A DNA stretch of 64,000 nucleotides, from the NCBI GenBank assembly GCA_039545335.1, contig BCIN01000003.1, forward strand, positions 372,001-436,000, read 5' to 3'. Each line of letters opens with the position of its first letter. The stretch's first letter is position 1. Position numbers and translations under genes: made by a program. Of this stretch, positions 40,004 through 53,371 are shown piece by piece. Origin of the DNA: Kondoa subrosea (lineage: Eukaryota). The notes under the pieces were generated by a model that did not search any database, was not told the DNA's origin, and worked only from the letters and a program-made list of their open reading frames with translations.

Positions 40004-42570
40004 ATGACTTACCAGAGCTCAAAGGCACCGCTTCCAATGTTGAAGTATGTATATGCCCCTCAATACTTTCTTTGCTTTACTGATGTTTGGTTCCTCAGCA
40101 CGCCAACTTACCTCAAGTTGATGATTCAAAATTTACATCAACACCACCAAACGAGTATGCACAAGATGAGCATGCGCAGCAGGTAAGCGTCCTTGCTTTT
40201 TCTCCTGCTTGTCGGCGGTTCTGATCATTTTGGTAGGCTGTACCTCTCAGAGCTTGGTTCATTACTTTCCTTTGTGGTGTTAATTGGCTAGCCCATCTGT
40301 TGTAAGCAGGACCCTGCCCTCTTCCTAGCGTCCGCTGAAGGGGTTATTGCAGTACACTAACCATCTTCGCTGCTTATGCAAGAAACATCGCTCTTGTTCT
40401 TGGCGAACCTTCCAAGACCATTTGGATTTTCAACGCTCCTGTGGTCGTCACTGTCGTGCTTGCACCTACTTTCTCATACTTGAGTGATATTTACGGTCGC
40501 GTGAGTCTGATTTGTCTCTGCTCTTGTCATTGTCTGACATTGAGCAAAAAACAGCGCTGGTTTATGATCGCTCCATTCTTTTTCGGTGTCATTGGTGGAA
40601 TCATCGGATGCCGCGCCAATTCAGTATGTTATGCCATAATCTTGCAGTTGATTTGATTTGACTAAGACTTTATTATCCTGCAGATGAACATGTGCATCGT
40701 TGGATCTTGCTTCATCGGTATAGCTGCTTCTTTGTTCGGTATCGGTATGTGCAGTATTCGTGTCTTACTACTCCAACGATTGATGATTCTGTCTCAGTAA
40801 CTGCCATTCCTTCCGAATTACTGCCCCACAAACAACGAAGTCTGGGAGCAGCAGTTGTCTTCGTCATGAGTGCCTTCGCTAGTTTCCCTGGGTTGCTAGG
40901 TATTGGTGCAGCTATTCGTAAGTTGACTTGTTCACAACTCGTGGCTTTCCCTGAGTAATTTTCGTACTACAGAAAATGATCCTATCAACGGATGGAGATG
41001 GATCTACTACTCTGAGATTGTCTCTTACGGTATCCAACCCATTCTTTGGTACTTCGCATATCATCCACCAAAACGAGTCACTTCTCTTGCCCTCAATCGA
41101 CCGAAGTGGGATTACATTGGATTCTTACTGTTGACATGCGCTGTCGTACCTTTCCTTATGGCTTTATCTTGGGCAGGAGGTACACTGAAATTTGACCACG
41201 AAATACTACTTGCTTATGTTTCGCTGATGATAGTTTTATATCCATGGAAATCAGCTCAAGTACTTTCGACCTTCTGCATTTCCATCGTCTTGTGGATTGC
41301 CTTCGGTGTATATGAATGGAAAGGAAGAACAGATGGACTGCTGCACCATGACTTGTTCAAGGATCGCAACTTTACCTGGTCTATGGTGAGCAGATGTGTC
41401 GTTACTCACCACTACCATATCTCATATCCTCCTTAGGTTGGACTGACTGTCGAGGGCTGGACCTATCTTACCTTTTCAGCTATTTACCCTGCCATGAGTA
41501 TGTCGATATTTCCTTCAACATACACTTGTGATTGTATTCTGATGGTGATCTCTGACAGCTGCGACCGTTTACCAGCCCGATATTTTAAAGTCCGGATACC
41601 GTGCTTTACCTTTCTTCGCTGCTTTCATTCCTATGTTGGTAGTCGGAGCAATATACGTCAAGTTCTCTCGTCGTGAGTCGGCTCCCCTCCAAGAAAAGAG
41701 GTTCGCTTGCTCATTGTCTGGTTTGCAGAAATGATCATTCCCAGTTTTGCGGGATATGTCATCTTCACCGGAGCCATTCTTGGCTTTGTTTTCGCTACTC
41801 CTCAATCCGACAAATTTGTCCTGGGCATGGACGCCTTGGCTGGATGTTAGTGAAGGCTTCCAAGGCTCACCATTTAGATACTGAATATTAATCTTCTTGT
41901 CCCACAGTTGGCTTCTCTCAACCTCTCATTCTCCTTACCATTGTTGGCCAATTCTCTGTACCACCTGAACTGTAAGTTAACTGTCCATCTATTACGTATA
42001 TATGCTGACCATATGCCACAGTATCGGTTCCGCTACTGCCTTGCTACTGACCATTAGAGGTCTTGGTGGAAGTGTAAGCCAACTTGTCCCTTACTCGTTA
42101 CCTTATTGAAAGCTAACTTCAATGATAGATCGGTCAAGCTATCGCAAACACTGTCGTTGAGAACAAATTGGCTACCTATATCCCTGAAAAGGTCGCGGCA
42201 GAAGTCTTACCTCTCGGTCTCAATCCAGCTCTACTTGGAAAACTTATTCCCGGTCTAGCATCTGGCAATCCAGAAGTCATTGGCGGTCTTCTCAAAGTGG
42301 ACGGCATCACTCCTGAAATCTTGCAAGCTGGTATTACTGGTCTCAGAGCTGCTTTCTCTGCTGGTTATCGTTATGCTTGGATCACTCTGGTCCCCGTTTC
42401 TGCTTTGGGCGCCTTGTCGTGCTTGTTGCTCAAGGGACAGAAAGAGAAGTTTACGTTAGTCATTTCACTTTTGGATTGTATGCCTTGAACATTGCTGATT
42501 CTCTGCCGCGAACAGTAATCAAGTGGATGCACCTCTCAACGAAACGCCTATGGAAACTCGGCAAGCTTAA
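40004..42570 (+). CDS. MFS transporter, TRI12/DHA2-like efflux family
   Basis: YLSDIYGRRW, AIPSELLPHKQR, GWRWIYY, YHPP, YPWKSAQVL and IRGLGGSIG; multiple TM segments. Confidence 0.82.
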
Positions 42571-42980
42571 ATAGTAGCTTACGGACACGAGGAGAGGAGC
42601 GCGGTCGAAGAGAAAGATGTGTGAAGTTGTATTAGTACGGGATGTATTCAATAGAGTGATTCAACAATGCAATGTGTCAACTTTGTTATCAGATCGTACT
42701 CTCGCTATCTCTTAGCTCATGACTTTCTCTGTTGAGAATGAAAGCAAGACAGAGACTTGATTCGGTGTTCGACTTCCTCATGAATCTAAACCGGAATAAA
42801 AGCGCTCTGAACTGTACACTCGAGTCCGCATAAGTCGTGTGACAGACGGATAGCTCAGCTTCCTTTGGGAGATCTTCTGCATTCGCGTGCTCGCCGTAGT
42901 ACGTCAAACAATTGTTTATGTAAGCAGCTGGCGGCTTGAAGCTTGAAAGGTTTTCTTCGCACAGCGACCTGGAAATAGCA

Positions 42981-45550
42981 ATGGCAGATCCAGTGAGCCC
43001 CTAAGCAGTATCAAGTATGGTTCTATGCTGAGTCTTGAGCAAGGCGTCTTTGCCAAATTCAAACATTTCTGAAGCTCGTAAATCCACGCTAGCATTGTTC
43101 TGCTGCTCAAGCTCATGCATTGACAGGTCCTTCAGCAGGCATTCCATCAGCCGAATGTATTCTTCACCGTTCTCACTTCCTCGGTGTGCAGCTGATGTCA
43201 CGCGAATAGATACACCTGAACAAATTAGATCTCATGCAAAGACCAACGCTCTGCCAACAATAGACTCGAATCATCCAGGTCGCTTGATTGTAGTCAGCAA
43301 TAGGTTGCCAGTCACTATCTCACGGAACGATGATGGCACGTACAACTTCAAATTGTCTTCTGGTGGTTTGGTTTCTGCTCTAAGTGGTGCCAAGAAGCAG
43401 ATGGGTGCGCTCAATACAGGACCTCGCTGTATAATGCAGCTCAGTGTCTTGAAACGAATGTACAGACTTCACCTGGATTGGATGGCCTGGTCTTGATGTA
43501 CCAGAGTCGGAAAGAGAAGGCCTTTCGAAGAGATTGATGGATGAACATTCTTGTGCACCTGTGTTCATCTCGGACGAAATCGCTGACAGGCATTACAATG
43601 GTTTTTCGAACTCTATTCTTTGGCCTTTATTCCATTACCGTACGCTTCTTATCTCTTTCTGTCTAAGAAATTGAAGACGACAGGACTTCTACAGATAATG
43701 ATCAAATGCTCTTCGATGAGACGGATTGGATGGCTTACCGAGAAGCGAACTCCAAATTTGCTGAAGCTGTTATGAGTATATGTCAATCAGGCGATCTTGT
43801 CTGGGTACAAGACTATCATTGCAAGTCATGAGCGCAAGTGAAGTAGTGACCTGCTAAATCGCGTTTGTCGCTTCTATAGTGATGCTTCTTCCAAAAATGC
43901 TTCGCAGTCTATTAGATGGCAAAGCATCCTTCTACGCTGGCAGCCTGGAAGATCAAGCTCGTACATTCAGACAAGGCAAAGGTCGATCTGCCTCAATAGC
44001 ATCTGCTGCATCATGGAGAACTTCACCAGCTCGATCAAGACCTTCTTGGTCTCAGAAAGATTTCGAAAGCGAATCGGGAAACAGTCTGATTCGAGCTCGA
44101 ACGAGGACTACTTCTACTGGCGAAGCAGAGAAGAAACAAAATGTCGTCATTGGCTTCTTCTTGCATACACCTTTCCCAAGTTCAGAGATTTTCAGGCAAG
44201 TGCTGAACTTGTCTCAATGGCTTCGTCAGCTGATTGTGGCAGTCTTGTCGTCTTGCAGGATTCTTCCTGTTCGCAAAGAAATCTTGCTCGGCATACTGCA
44301 TTGCGATTTGATTGGTTTCCATACATATGACTATGCTCGACACTTCTTATCAAGTTGTACAAGAATCCTAGGTCTTCCCACAATGCCTAATGGTCAGTCC
44401 GAAGCGATGATGACAAGCTTGTTGTTTGTTATCTCACAGCTGACGTTCTCTGTCAGGTGTTGAATACGATGGTCGATATGCACATGTTGGCACATTTCCG
44501 ATCGGTATCGATCCAACTCAATTCACCGACAATCTAGTGAAAGACTCTGTTGTAGCTCGAATCGAACAACTGAAGAAGCGATTCCAAGGAGTGAAGGTCA
44601 TTGTCGGTGTCGATCGGTTAGACTATATCAAAGGTGTTCCTCAAAAACTATATGGTTTGGAAGTCTTTTTGGACGAGCATCCCGAATGGATTGGGAAAGT
44701 CGTATTGGTTCAAGTCGCTGTTCCGTCCAGACAAGATGTAGAAGAATATCAAAATCTCCGAGCGGCAGTGAACGAATTGGTAGGGAGAATCAATGGACGA
44801 TTTGGAACGATTGAATTCATGCCAATTCATTTCATGCACAAGAGCGTTACTTTTGATGAACTGTGTGCTTTATATGCTTTGGGAGATGCGTGCTTGGTCA
44901 GCAGTACAAGAGACGGTATGAATTTGGTCAGCTATGAATATATTGCATGCCAGTAAGTATCTTGAGTATTTTCCATATCCATGGATGTAATCTCATCTGC
45001 ACTACAGAGAACAACGCAAAGGAAGTATGATCCTCTCGGAATTTGCGGGAGTAAGGTCTTTACATGACGGATATACTGCCGTGGACTGACAATTGTGTCC
45101 TGAACAGGCGGCTCATAGTCTCAACGGATCTATTATCATCAATCCTGTGGGTTCAAATTGGAATACGCAAGTTTTTGCTGCTTTCTAATGGCTTCTCCAC
45201 AGTGGAACATCGAAGAAGTTGCCAATGGTATTCATGCAGCTGTGACTATGGATGGCAACACTCGCCAAGCGAATTACGATAAGTTGAGCGGCTATGGTCA
45301 GTGTACAATACATCTGCGTTACTCGAGTATGCTAATTCTTTACGGCAGTCAACAAGTATACTTCTATATTGTGAGTTAGTTGTTATCATGTCTAGGACTA
45401 TCTAAGTTGGCATACCATATCTCTTACAGCTGGGGTGAGTGCAGATCCAGTTACTTTGTGCATTTGCTCATTTTCGGCGTATCTTCTTTCATAGGTCTTT
45501 CATTTGTCAGTGAGCTACAAAAGATCAGCAAGGGCAACTCAAAGGCGTAA
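42981..45550 (+). CDS. TPS1: Trehalose-6-phosphate synthase
   Basis: VVSNRLP, SSGGLVSAL, HYNGFSNSILWPLFHY, WVQDYHLM, FFLHTPFPSSE, GVDRLDYIKG and STRDGMNLV. Start exon tentative. Confidence 0.95.
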
Positions 45551-45742
45551 ATCAATTGGGCATAGGTAGTAGTTATGAGAAACACGAAATAAGGGCAAAA
45601 CCGGGGTCAATATATATCAAATAGCAGTGCATTTATACTCAAAAGACATTCGTTCAATGCAGAATTCAATTAGACATATTGGTAGCCACTATTTGCGCCT
45701 TGCTTGCGATGTAAGTACTATTATAATTTGTCTTTCGTAAAC

Positions 45743-46512
45743 TTAGAATCCGCCTGCAAGATAACAAACGCCTTAATTAGCACTAGGCTAACACAAGCGC
45801 AGAAAACTTGCCTGGATTTGGGTTTTTCTTTTCCCCCCAAGGAAGATCAGCTTTATAAAATTGGCTAAGATCAGTGGGAACGAACCTGCTCGGCTACTGT
45901 ATCGCTCGAACTAGTATAAGAGCCGGCTCTGTCGGTCAAATCAATGTTCAGCTATGTCAGCGAGACGAAAACAGGAAACGTACTGCTGGTTCGTTGTTTG
46001 GGGTGGTGCTACAGTGCCGCCTAATGGATCACCTCCTCCTGCTCCAGCATGTGCATCTGTCAGCGCCAACATGATGCTTCGTTAGTAACACATAAGCTAC
46101 AAAGTACTCGGAGTGAAGCTGACCTCCAGATGGACCTCCAGCTAATGCTTCGCATTCAGAAATGGACCAATACAATGAAAGTAGACACAAGAGCTCACAT
46201 CCTTTAGAAACACTCTCTGAATCTCCTTTCTTGTTATCGGATTCAGGCTCCAAGAACATATCTGAGCCAGATGACATTTGGCCGAGCTAAATCCAGACAA
46301 TGAGTCTTAACAGCTGGTATAATGTTGCTTTACCCACCTTATCAGAGCCGACTGATGGAGCTTTGTGCAGATCGTCAGTAACTTCTACAAACAGCATAAG
46401 AAGCGATGATAAGCGGGACTTTGTATGCGAGTCCGAGGCATGAGCGAACCTTGCTTGGTAGACCTGCAGAAACATCAGCACATGCACAGCAGCACAGAGC
46501 AGATACTTACAT
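45743..46512 (-). CDS. Hidden 9-exon small hydrophilic Gly/Ser-rich protein (103 aa, hydrophilin-like)
   Basis: Exons 46511-46512, 46450-46463, 46338-46384, 46199-46286, 46124-46141, 45984-46056, 45886-45928, 45812-45827 and 45743-45753 join in frame through eight 47-67 nt introns. Confidence 0.7.
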
Positions 46513-46734
46513 GATGGCTTGTTTGAGAGAGAAACAAGAAATGACGATCGGCAAGCAACTGCAGCGTCGTACGGTGACGAGGAGGGTCTTGACACCGGTT
46601 GTGACGACGGCTTGTTTTCAGCGCGACTCACTTGCTTTTTTCTTTTCACTCTGTACACGAACCTCATGCCATAGTAGGGACGGAGGAGAAGTAATACCCA
46701 TACGCTCGTTACCCCTTTCCTAGACACACGCAAA

Positions 46735-49030
46735 ATGTCTACGATCCTGTCCTCCATCAATCAGAATTTGCCCAACAACTCGATTCTCGCTGCTTTGTCC
46801 TGGGCTGGCCTGCTCTTCGTATCTGCAGTCATCGTTAACTTAGCAAAACAGCTCGTATGCGATTTGTTTTCCAGCAACACACGATACAACCTTTCTGAGC
46901 TTGGATCACACAGTTCTTACCTAAGGACAAATCTCTACCGCCACTAGTCTTCCATTTCGTGCCATGGGTCGGTTCATCTGTATCATGTAGGTTCATCAGA
47001 AGACTATGCGCGGAAATTGGCTCAGTAGAATTGCAGATGGTATGGATCCTTATGGATTCATGGATAGGTGTAGGAAGAAGGTGAGTTGCTGGCATCAAAT
47101 CGATTGTAACCGTTCCGCTGAGTGAGCTATATCACAGTATGGCGATGTCTTCACCTTGTTCGTGCGACTTGTCTCAGCAAATCATGACATCTAATTCCTT
47201 TGGCCGCAGCATTCTCGCTGGTCGACATGTCACAGTCGCGCTAGGTCCAGCTGGATCTAATCTCATTCTCAATGGAAAGCTAGCCAATGTATCTGCTGAA
47301 GATGCATATACCAACTTCACAACTCCGTGCGTCTGCAGGCCAACGGTATCAGTCTTTGTACTGATTTGCCAGGTCCCTTATCGCACAGTGTATTCGGTAC
47401 TGAAGTAGTCTACGATTGCCCTAATGCATTATTGATGCAACAAAAGAAATTCATGAAAGTCAGTGACGGTCTTCAAATTGCTGGATCTCAGCTCAATTTG
47501 TCCGTTTCGGGACAGTTCGGCTTGTCAACTGAGAACTTTCGTCGCTATGTTGGTCTGATAGTAAAAGAAGTCAAGCACCACATTTCGAACGATCTCTTCA
47601 ATCCATCAAACAAGCGTTACACCAACTCAACCCAAACAGCAATAGCCGATGCTGTCGATGTTTCAGGCCAAATCACAATCTGTACAGCTGCTGTCACTTT
47701 GCAAGGACCAGAAGTTCGAGCTGGTTTAGACAAGAGTTTTGCTGATTTGTACCATGATTTGGATGGTGGTTTCACTCCCTTGAATTGGATCTTCCCTAGT
47801 TTACCGTTGCCGAGTTATTGGAAGAGAGATGCTGCTCATATCAAGATGAGACATTTCTATTTGGATATTATGAAGAAGCGAAGAGAGGATGGGAATACTG
47901 TGCGTTCACATCACGCTACATCAGGATTTATCTGATGGCTAGGTGTTCTAAATGCACAGACTGAACCAGATATGATTCAAGCTCTTCAAGGTCAATGCTA
48001 TAAAGATGGAACGGCTTTAACAGACAAACAAATTGCGCATATGATGATTGCTTTACTTATGGCTGGTCAACATACAAGTGCAGCTACTGGTGGATGGTTA
48101 TTGTTGCACATTGCTCAAGATCAACAATTGCAGTGCGTTGACCGCTATTGTTAGACCATTACATGTCTGACTATAGCGTTTCCCGCACAGACAAGCGCTC
48201 TACGACGAACAAGTCAAACATTGGGGCAACCCAGATGGAACTTTCCGACCCCTGGACTATGATGCTTTACAAACACCTCTACTTCACGCATGCATAAAAG
48301 AAGTTCTGCGTCTTCACCCTGTACGTGCACTGTGATGTTTGCGAGATTGAACTCATAAACTATTCCGTTGTTCGTACAGCCCATCCATTCAATTATGCGT
48401 GGAGTAAGAGAACCACTAGTCGTTCCATCTACGCTTGCAGGCAACTCAGCCAACCGAGATCAAACCTACGTCGTACCTAAAGGTTATACCGTACTCGCAT
48501 GTCCTGGTTACTCGCAAATGGATCCAGCATTCTGGGAACACCCTGAGAAGTTTGATGCGGGAAGATGGTTTGATGCTTCTGGGAAAGCTAAAGAAGATGA
48601 AGAGGAGAATGGGGAGAAGGAAGATTTCGGCTATGGACAAGTTAGCACGGGTGCTAATAGCCCTTATTTGCCTTTTGGAGCTGGAAGGTGCGACTTCAAT
48701 CTCGCTGGGATTAGTCTGAGACTAATTCCGCATTGGTTGGTCACACAGACATCGTTGTATTGGCGAGCAGTTTGCGAACGTTCAGGTGAGACTGAGGAAT
48801 GATTGCGTATCTGCTTTGAGCTCATAGAAATGTTCTTCTCCTCACAGATGGCTACTATTTTTGCTACTTTGATCCGAGAATTGAAATGGACTTTGGAAAC
48901 ACCTTTCCCTAAGAATGACTACACAGTTAGTCTGTTCCTTCTTAGCAACGTTTCAAGCTGATGTTCCGCATCGCAGACAATGATTGTGATGCCTTCGAAA
49001 CCTAGAGATTTGACATTTACCAAGCGCTAG
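46735..49030 (+). CDS. ERG11: Sterol 14-alpha-demethylase CYP51
   Basis: YGMDPY, AEDAYTNFTTPVFG-EVVYDCPN, DLDGGFTP, MAGQHTS, KEVLR and FGAGRHRCIGEQFA heme motif. Confidence 0.95.
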
Positions 49031-49200
49031 TACTAATATGAGGGATAATAGAGGACTAATGTATGATCTATTTGCATGATTCACAGCATCTCTTCCCTTC
49101 GCTCTCGTCCTACGCCCGCGTTCTCGTTCTGCAACCGCGAACATTTCCTCAAAGACTTGGCTTATACCTTGCTTTGCAAGCTGCCTATATACCTATCAAG

Positions 49201-50930
49201 ATGGCCTCCACGCTACTCAGCTTGTTTGATACAGCGCAGGATGCCTATTTTAGCTGTATTGTAAGTATAGATTTGCTGTCGCTATTGCCCTCAGCTCATT
49301 GTTGATAAGGGCTCCCTATGCAAACCTTCAGCGAATATCAAACTCAATGGACGAACGTGAGCATTTCTTCTTACATGCCCTGTGAGGCTTGTCAAGAAGG
49401 ACGTCCTCACAGATTCAAGATCCTGAAATTGCTAGGCGGTAAGCTCATCGACTTCAGCGCTGTGTACACGTCTGAACTATTGTCTCAGAGGGTGGTTTCG
49501 CCTATGTCTGTCAGTTCTTCAACTCTGTCATTTCAATGCCAAGCTGAAAGTCAAGCTGTTGTAGATCTTATAGAGGACTCTACTTCTGGCCGCCTGTTTG
49601 CACTCAAGAAGATTCGTTGTCCATTAGGATCAGAACAGCTACGCGAAGTCATGAAAGAAGTGGAAGCCAGTAAAAGATTCAAGCACCCGAATTGTATACG
49701 CTGTTTGGATTCTTGCGTTGTGCAGGAGAAGGATGGAAAGGTTGTATAGTACGTCTACTCGGTCTTCTCCTTTATGATCAGAATGAAACTAAGAGCCAAT
49801 AGCCTGTTTTTACCATATTATCAACGAGGCAATCTTCAAGACGCTATCTCAGCGCATGCATTGAACAATACTTCTTTCCCAGAAAAAGAAATGCTTCAAC
49901 TCTTCCTAGGCACTTGTTTGGCAGTTCGAGCGATGCATACCTATGTACCTGGACCTCAAGCTGTTTATCCACCTTCGGAAGACGCTCTACATCCTTCTAA
50001 ACCTGCTCGACCGATATCAAGTAGATCTAGATCGGATATGAATGAAGATGAGGATGAAGGAGGAGGATTGAGAGGCGATAGAGAGGATGAAGCAGATGCA
50101 CCTTTGATTGATGAAGAGGACCATAGAGGTGGTGAAGTTGATGATCCTAACGAAGAGGGAGTGCTAGAAATAGAAGGGAAATTGGATCCTCAGCCGAGAC
50201 CGAACCAGAATATAAATGGCAAAGCTGTAGAGGGAGAAATGCAGCCTTGGGCTCATAGAGATATAAAACCTGGTGAGTGTCGCGAGTCTACCTGCGCTTT
50301 GCAGTGATTCGACTCTAACCCACTTACAGCTAATGTCATGATCTCTGATAATGGTCGCCAACCAATCCTGATGGATTTTGGGTCTGCTATTCCAGCCCGG
50401 ATACCTATCAAGAATCGATCGATAGCTCTGACAGAACAAGATCGAGCAGGAGAACATTCTACTATGCCTTATAGAGCACCTGAACTGTTTGATGTGTGTT
50501 CATGTCAAATTCGCTCAGAGCCAAATTGATATATGATCAGGTCAAAACTGGTGAAGATCTTGATGAGAAAGTGGATATATGGTCGCTTGGTTGTCTACTT
50601 TACGCTCTCGCTTATGGGACATCACCCTTTGAGACTGATCAAGGAGCAAGTATAGCGTACGTCAGAGATTTCCTTGTATGAAGCTAGGCTCATATTAGGA
50701 ACTTCTGCGTACAGAATGGCTGTCTTGAGCGGAGGATGGAAGTTTCCTTCGAATGACAAGGGATACAGTCAAGGCTTCAGGGATTTGATCAGTGCGATGC
50801 TGGTATTGAAACCAGCAAGCAGGCCAGATATACATAAGGTGAGTTCCTTGTCTGCTTCCTTGTACTAATTTCGCTCATCAGCTGGCAGGTTGTATCGCTG
50901 ACACAAGAAGCTATCGGGAGATTGCAATGA
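49201..50930 (+). CDS. ENV7: NAK-family Ser/Thr kinase (Env7/STK16-like)
   Basis: GEGGFAYVYL, FALKKIRC, HRDIKPANVM, LMDFGS, STMPYRAPELFDVKTG and KVDIWSLG; N-terminal cysteines. Confidence 0.85.
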
Positions 50931-51103
50931 TTCCTGAGGTTTTCCATATTGTGACAGTTACTTTGACCACAACAATGTCACAACATAGTGCAGACAAGAA
51001 CAAGTCAAAGAAGATCAAGCAAACGAACGCAAAAATGCATTCAAGTATTACAAAACAGAAAACGAAATATACAAAGAAACAGTGAAGCTACGGGCCCTAT
51101 CTT

Positions 51104-51733
<630 letters not shown>

Positions 51734-52079
51734 TGTAAAGAGTGTTGCGTTGAGTTGGTGAGAAGTGAGAGTATGAAAGTGGATGAGAAGAGAAAGAGAA
51801 AGAAGAAGAGTTGCTGGAAAGTCGTTGAATCAAGCGTCACAACAAACAAATCAACAAAAAAGCAAGCTCGGAATTGAGACGCGATTGAACAGCTGTTTAA
51901 CTGACGGAAAGAAAATCCCGTCACGGGACCGCTGCCATGTTATTCGCAAGGGCAGCCACTTGAGTATAAGTAGCCAAACATCAACTTCAAACAGTCTCCT
52001 TCTTCATCACATCCAGCTCTTCAGCTAACCAACACAACTCTTCACCCACTCTTCACCCTTTACTCAAACTCATAACAAC
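51734..52079. promoter_or_regulatory. Bidirectional H3-H4 promoter
   Basis: 346 bp between divergent ATGs. TATAA near 51965, an MCB-like ACGCG near 51879, and pyrimidine-rich leaders on both sides. Confidence 0.6.
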
Positions 52080-52550
<471 letters not shown>

Positions 52551-53371
52551 TTTTTTGGTCATCTCTTTCACTTGTACATATTTGCATTTTGGATTTTGAG
52601 CTTGTCTCATTTGTATTACGTTCATCGCTTTGATCTGCTGCTTTCGATTTGTGCTTGAACTTCTTTATTGGTCTGCATTGAATCATCCTGACTGCAGTCT
52701 CGTGAAGCAATGCAACAGAGATCGAAGCGAGTTAACAGGTAAAAGGCAATGAGAGAAGAGTAAGATTTGCACCGCAGTACAGTCTGACGTCAAGTAGCGG
52801 TGTAGCAATACGTTTCCACGATTCTCTAGCACGACCGCAGCTTCAAAGGATGCTAGATATACGAGGGATTGACAATCGGAAAGACGAGAATGAACTTCAG
52901 GAAGTAACTCGAGAGAGAAGGACGGAAGAATGGCAGAAACAAGGTAGCAAGAGAGCAAAGAGAAAGGAGAGAGTCAAAGAAGAGGCAAACATTCATGACA
53001 CAATCGAAGAGAAACAGAGTCAAAGCACTTTTTGGTCTTTTTTGCCCGATAACGCGGTTTCAGACGTGTTCTCAGCTTTACTTCGACGATGCATTATCTT
53101 ACAGTGGCAGATCTCCTGCAAATCGACCGCATGAGCTTGGCTATCAAAGATTGTCATTACCCTGACCTAAATCTATCGTCTCCTCTCCCTTCTAACAGCT
53201 TGTATCGATAAGAGGCAAATGACGAAGGCATTTGATCAGCTTGAGCCAAGAGCTAGTAAGATAGACTGTGATATAGAGCCATATGCTTGAAACTTGACAA
53301 TAAGTGAGATGGAAAGGGGTCGAAGGTATATTGTATTAGCTCTGGCGGGCGATAGAAGATGAGCTATGAGA

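Noticed and set aside
45879..45995. Apparent RNA stem (AACGAACC/GGTTCGTT) suggesting an ncRNA
   Set aside because: Better explained by a splice donor and exon sequence of the hidden minus-strand gene.
49940..50245. Long acidic insert in the kinase domain before HRD
   Set aside because: Such inserts appear usual for fungal Env7-like kinases.
52738..52749. TTGCCTTTTACC on the minus strand, matching U5 snRNA loop I
   Set aside because: The flanks do not form the closing stem and no Sm site is evident.
52850..53134. 94-aa charged plus-strand ORF
   Set aside because: Likely a by-product of the purine-rich tract; no homology or splice support.
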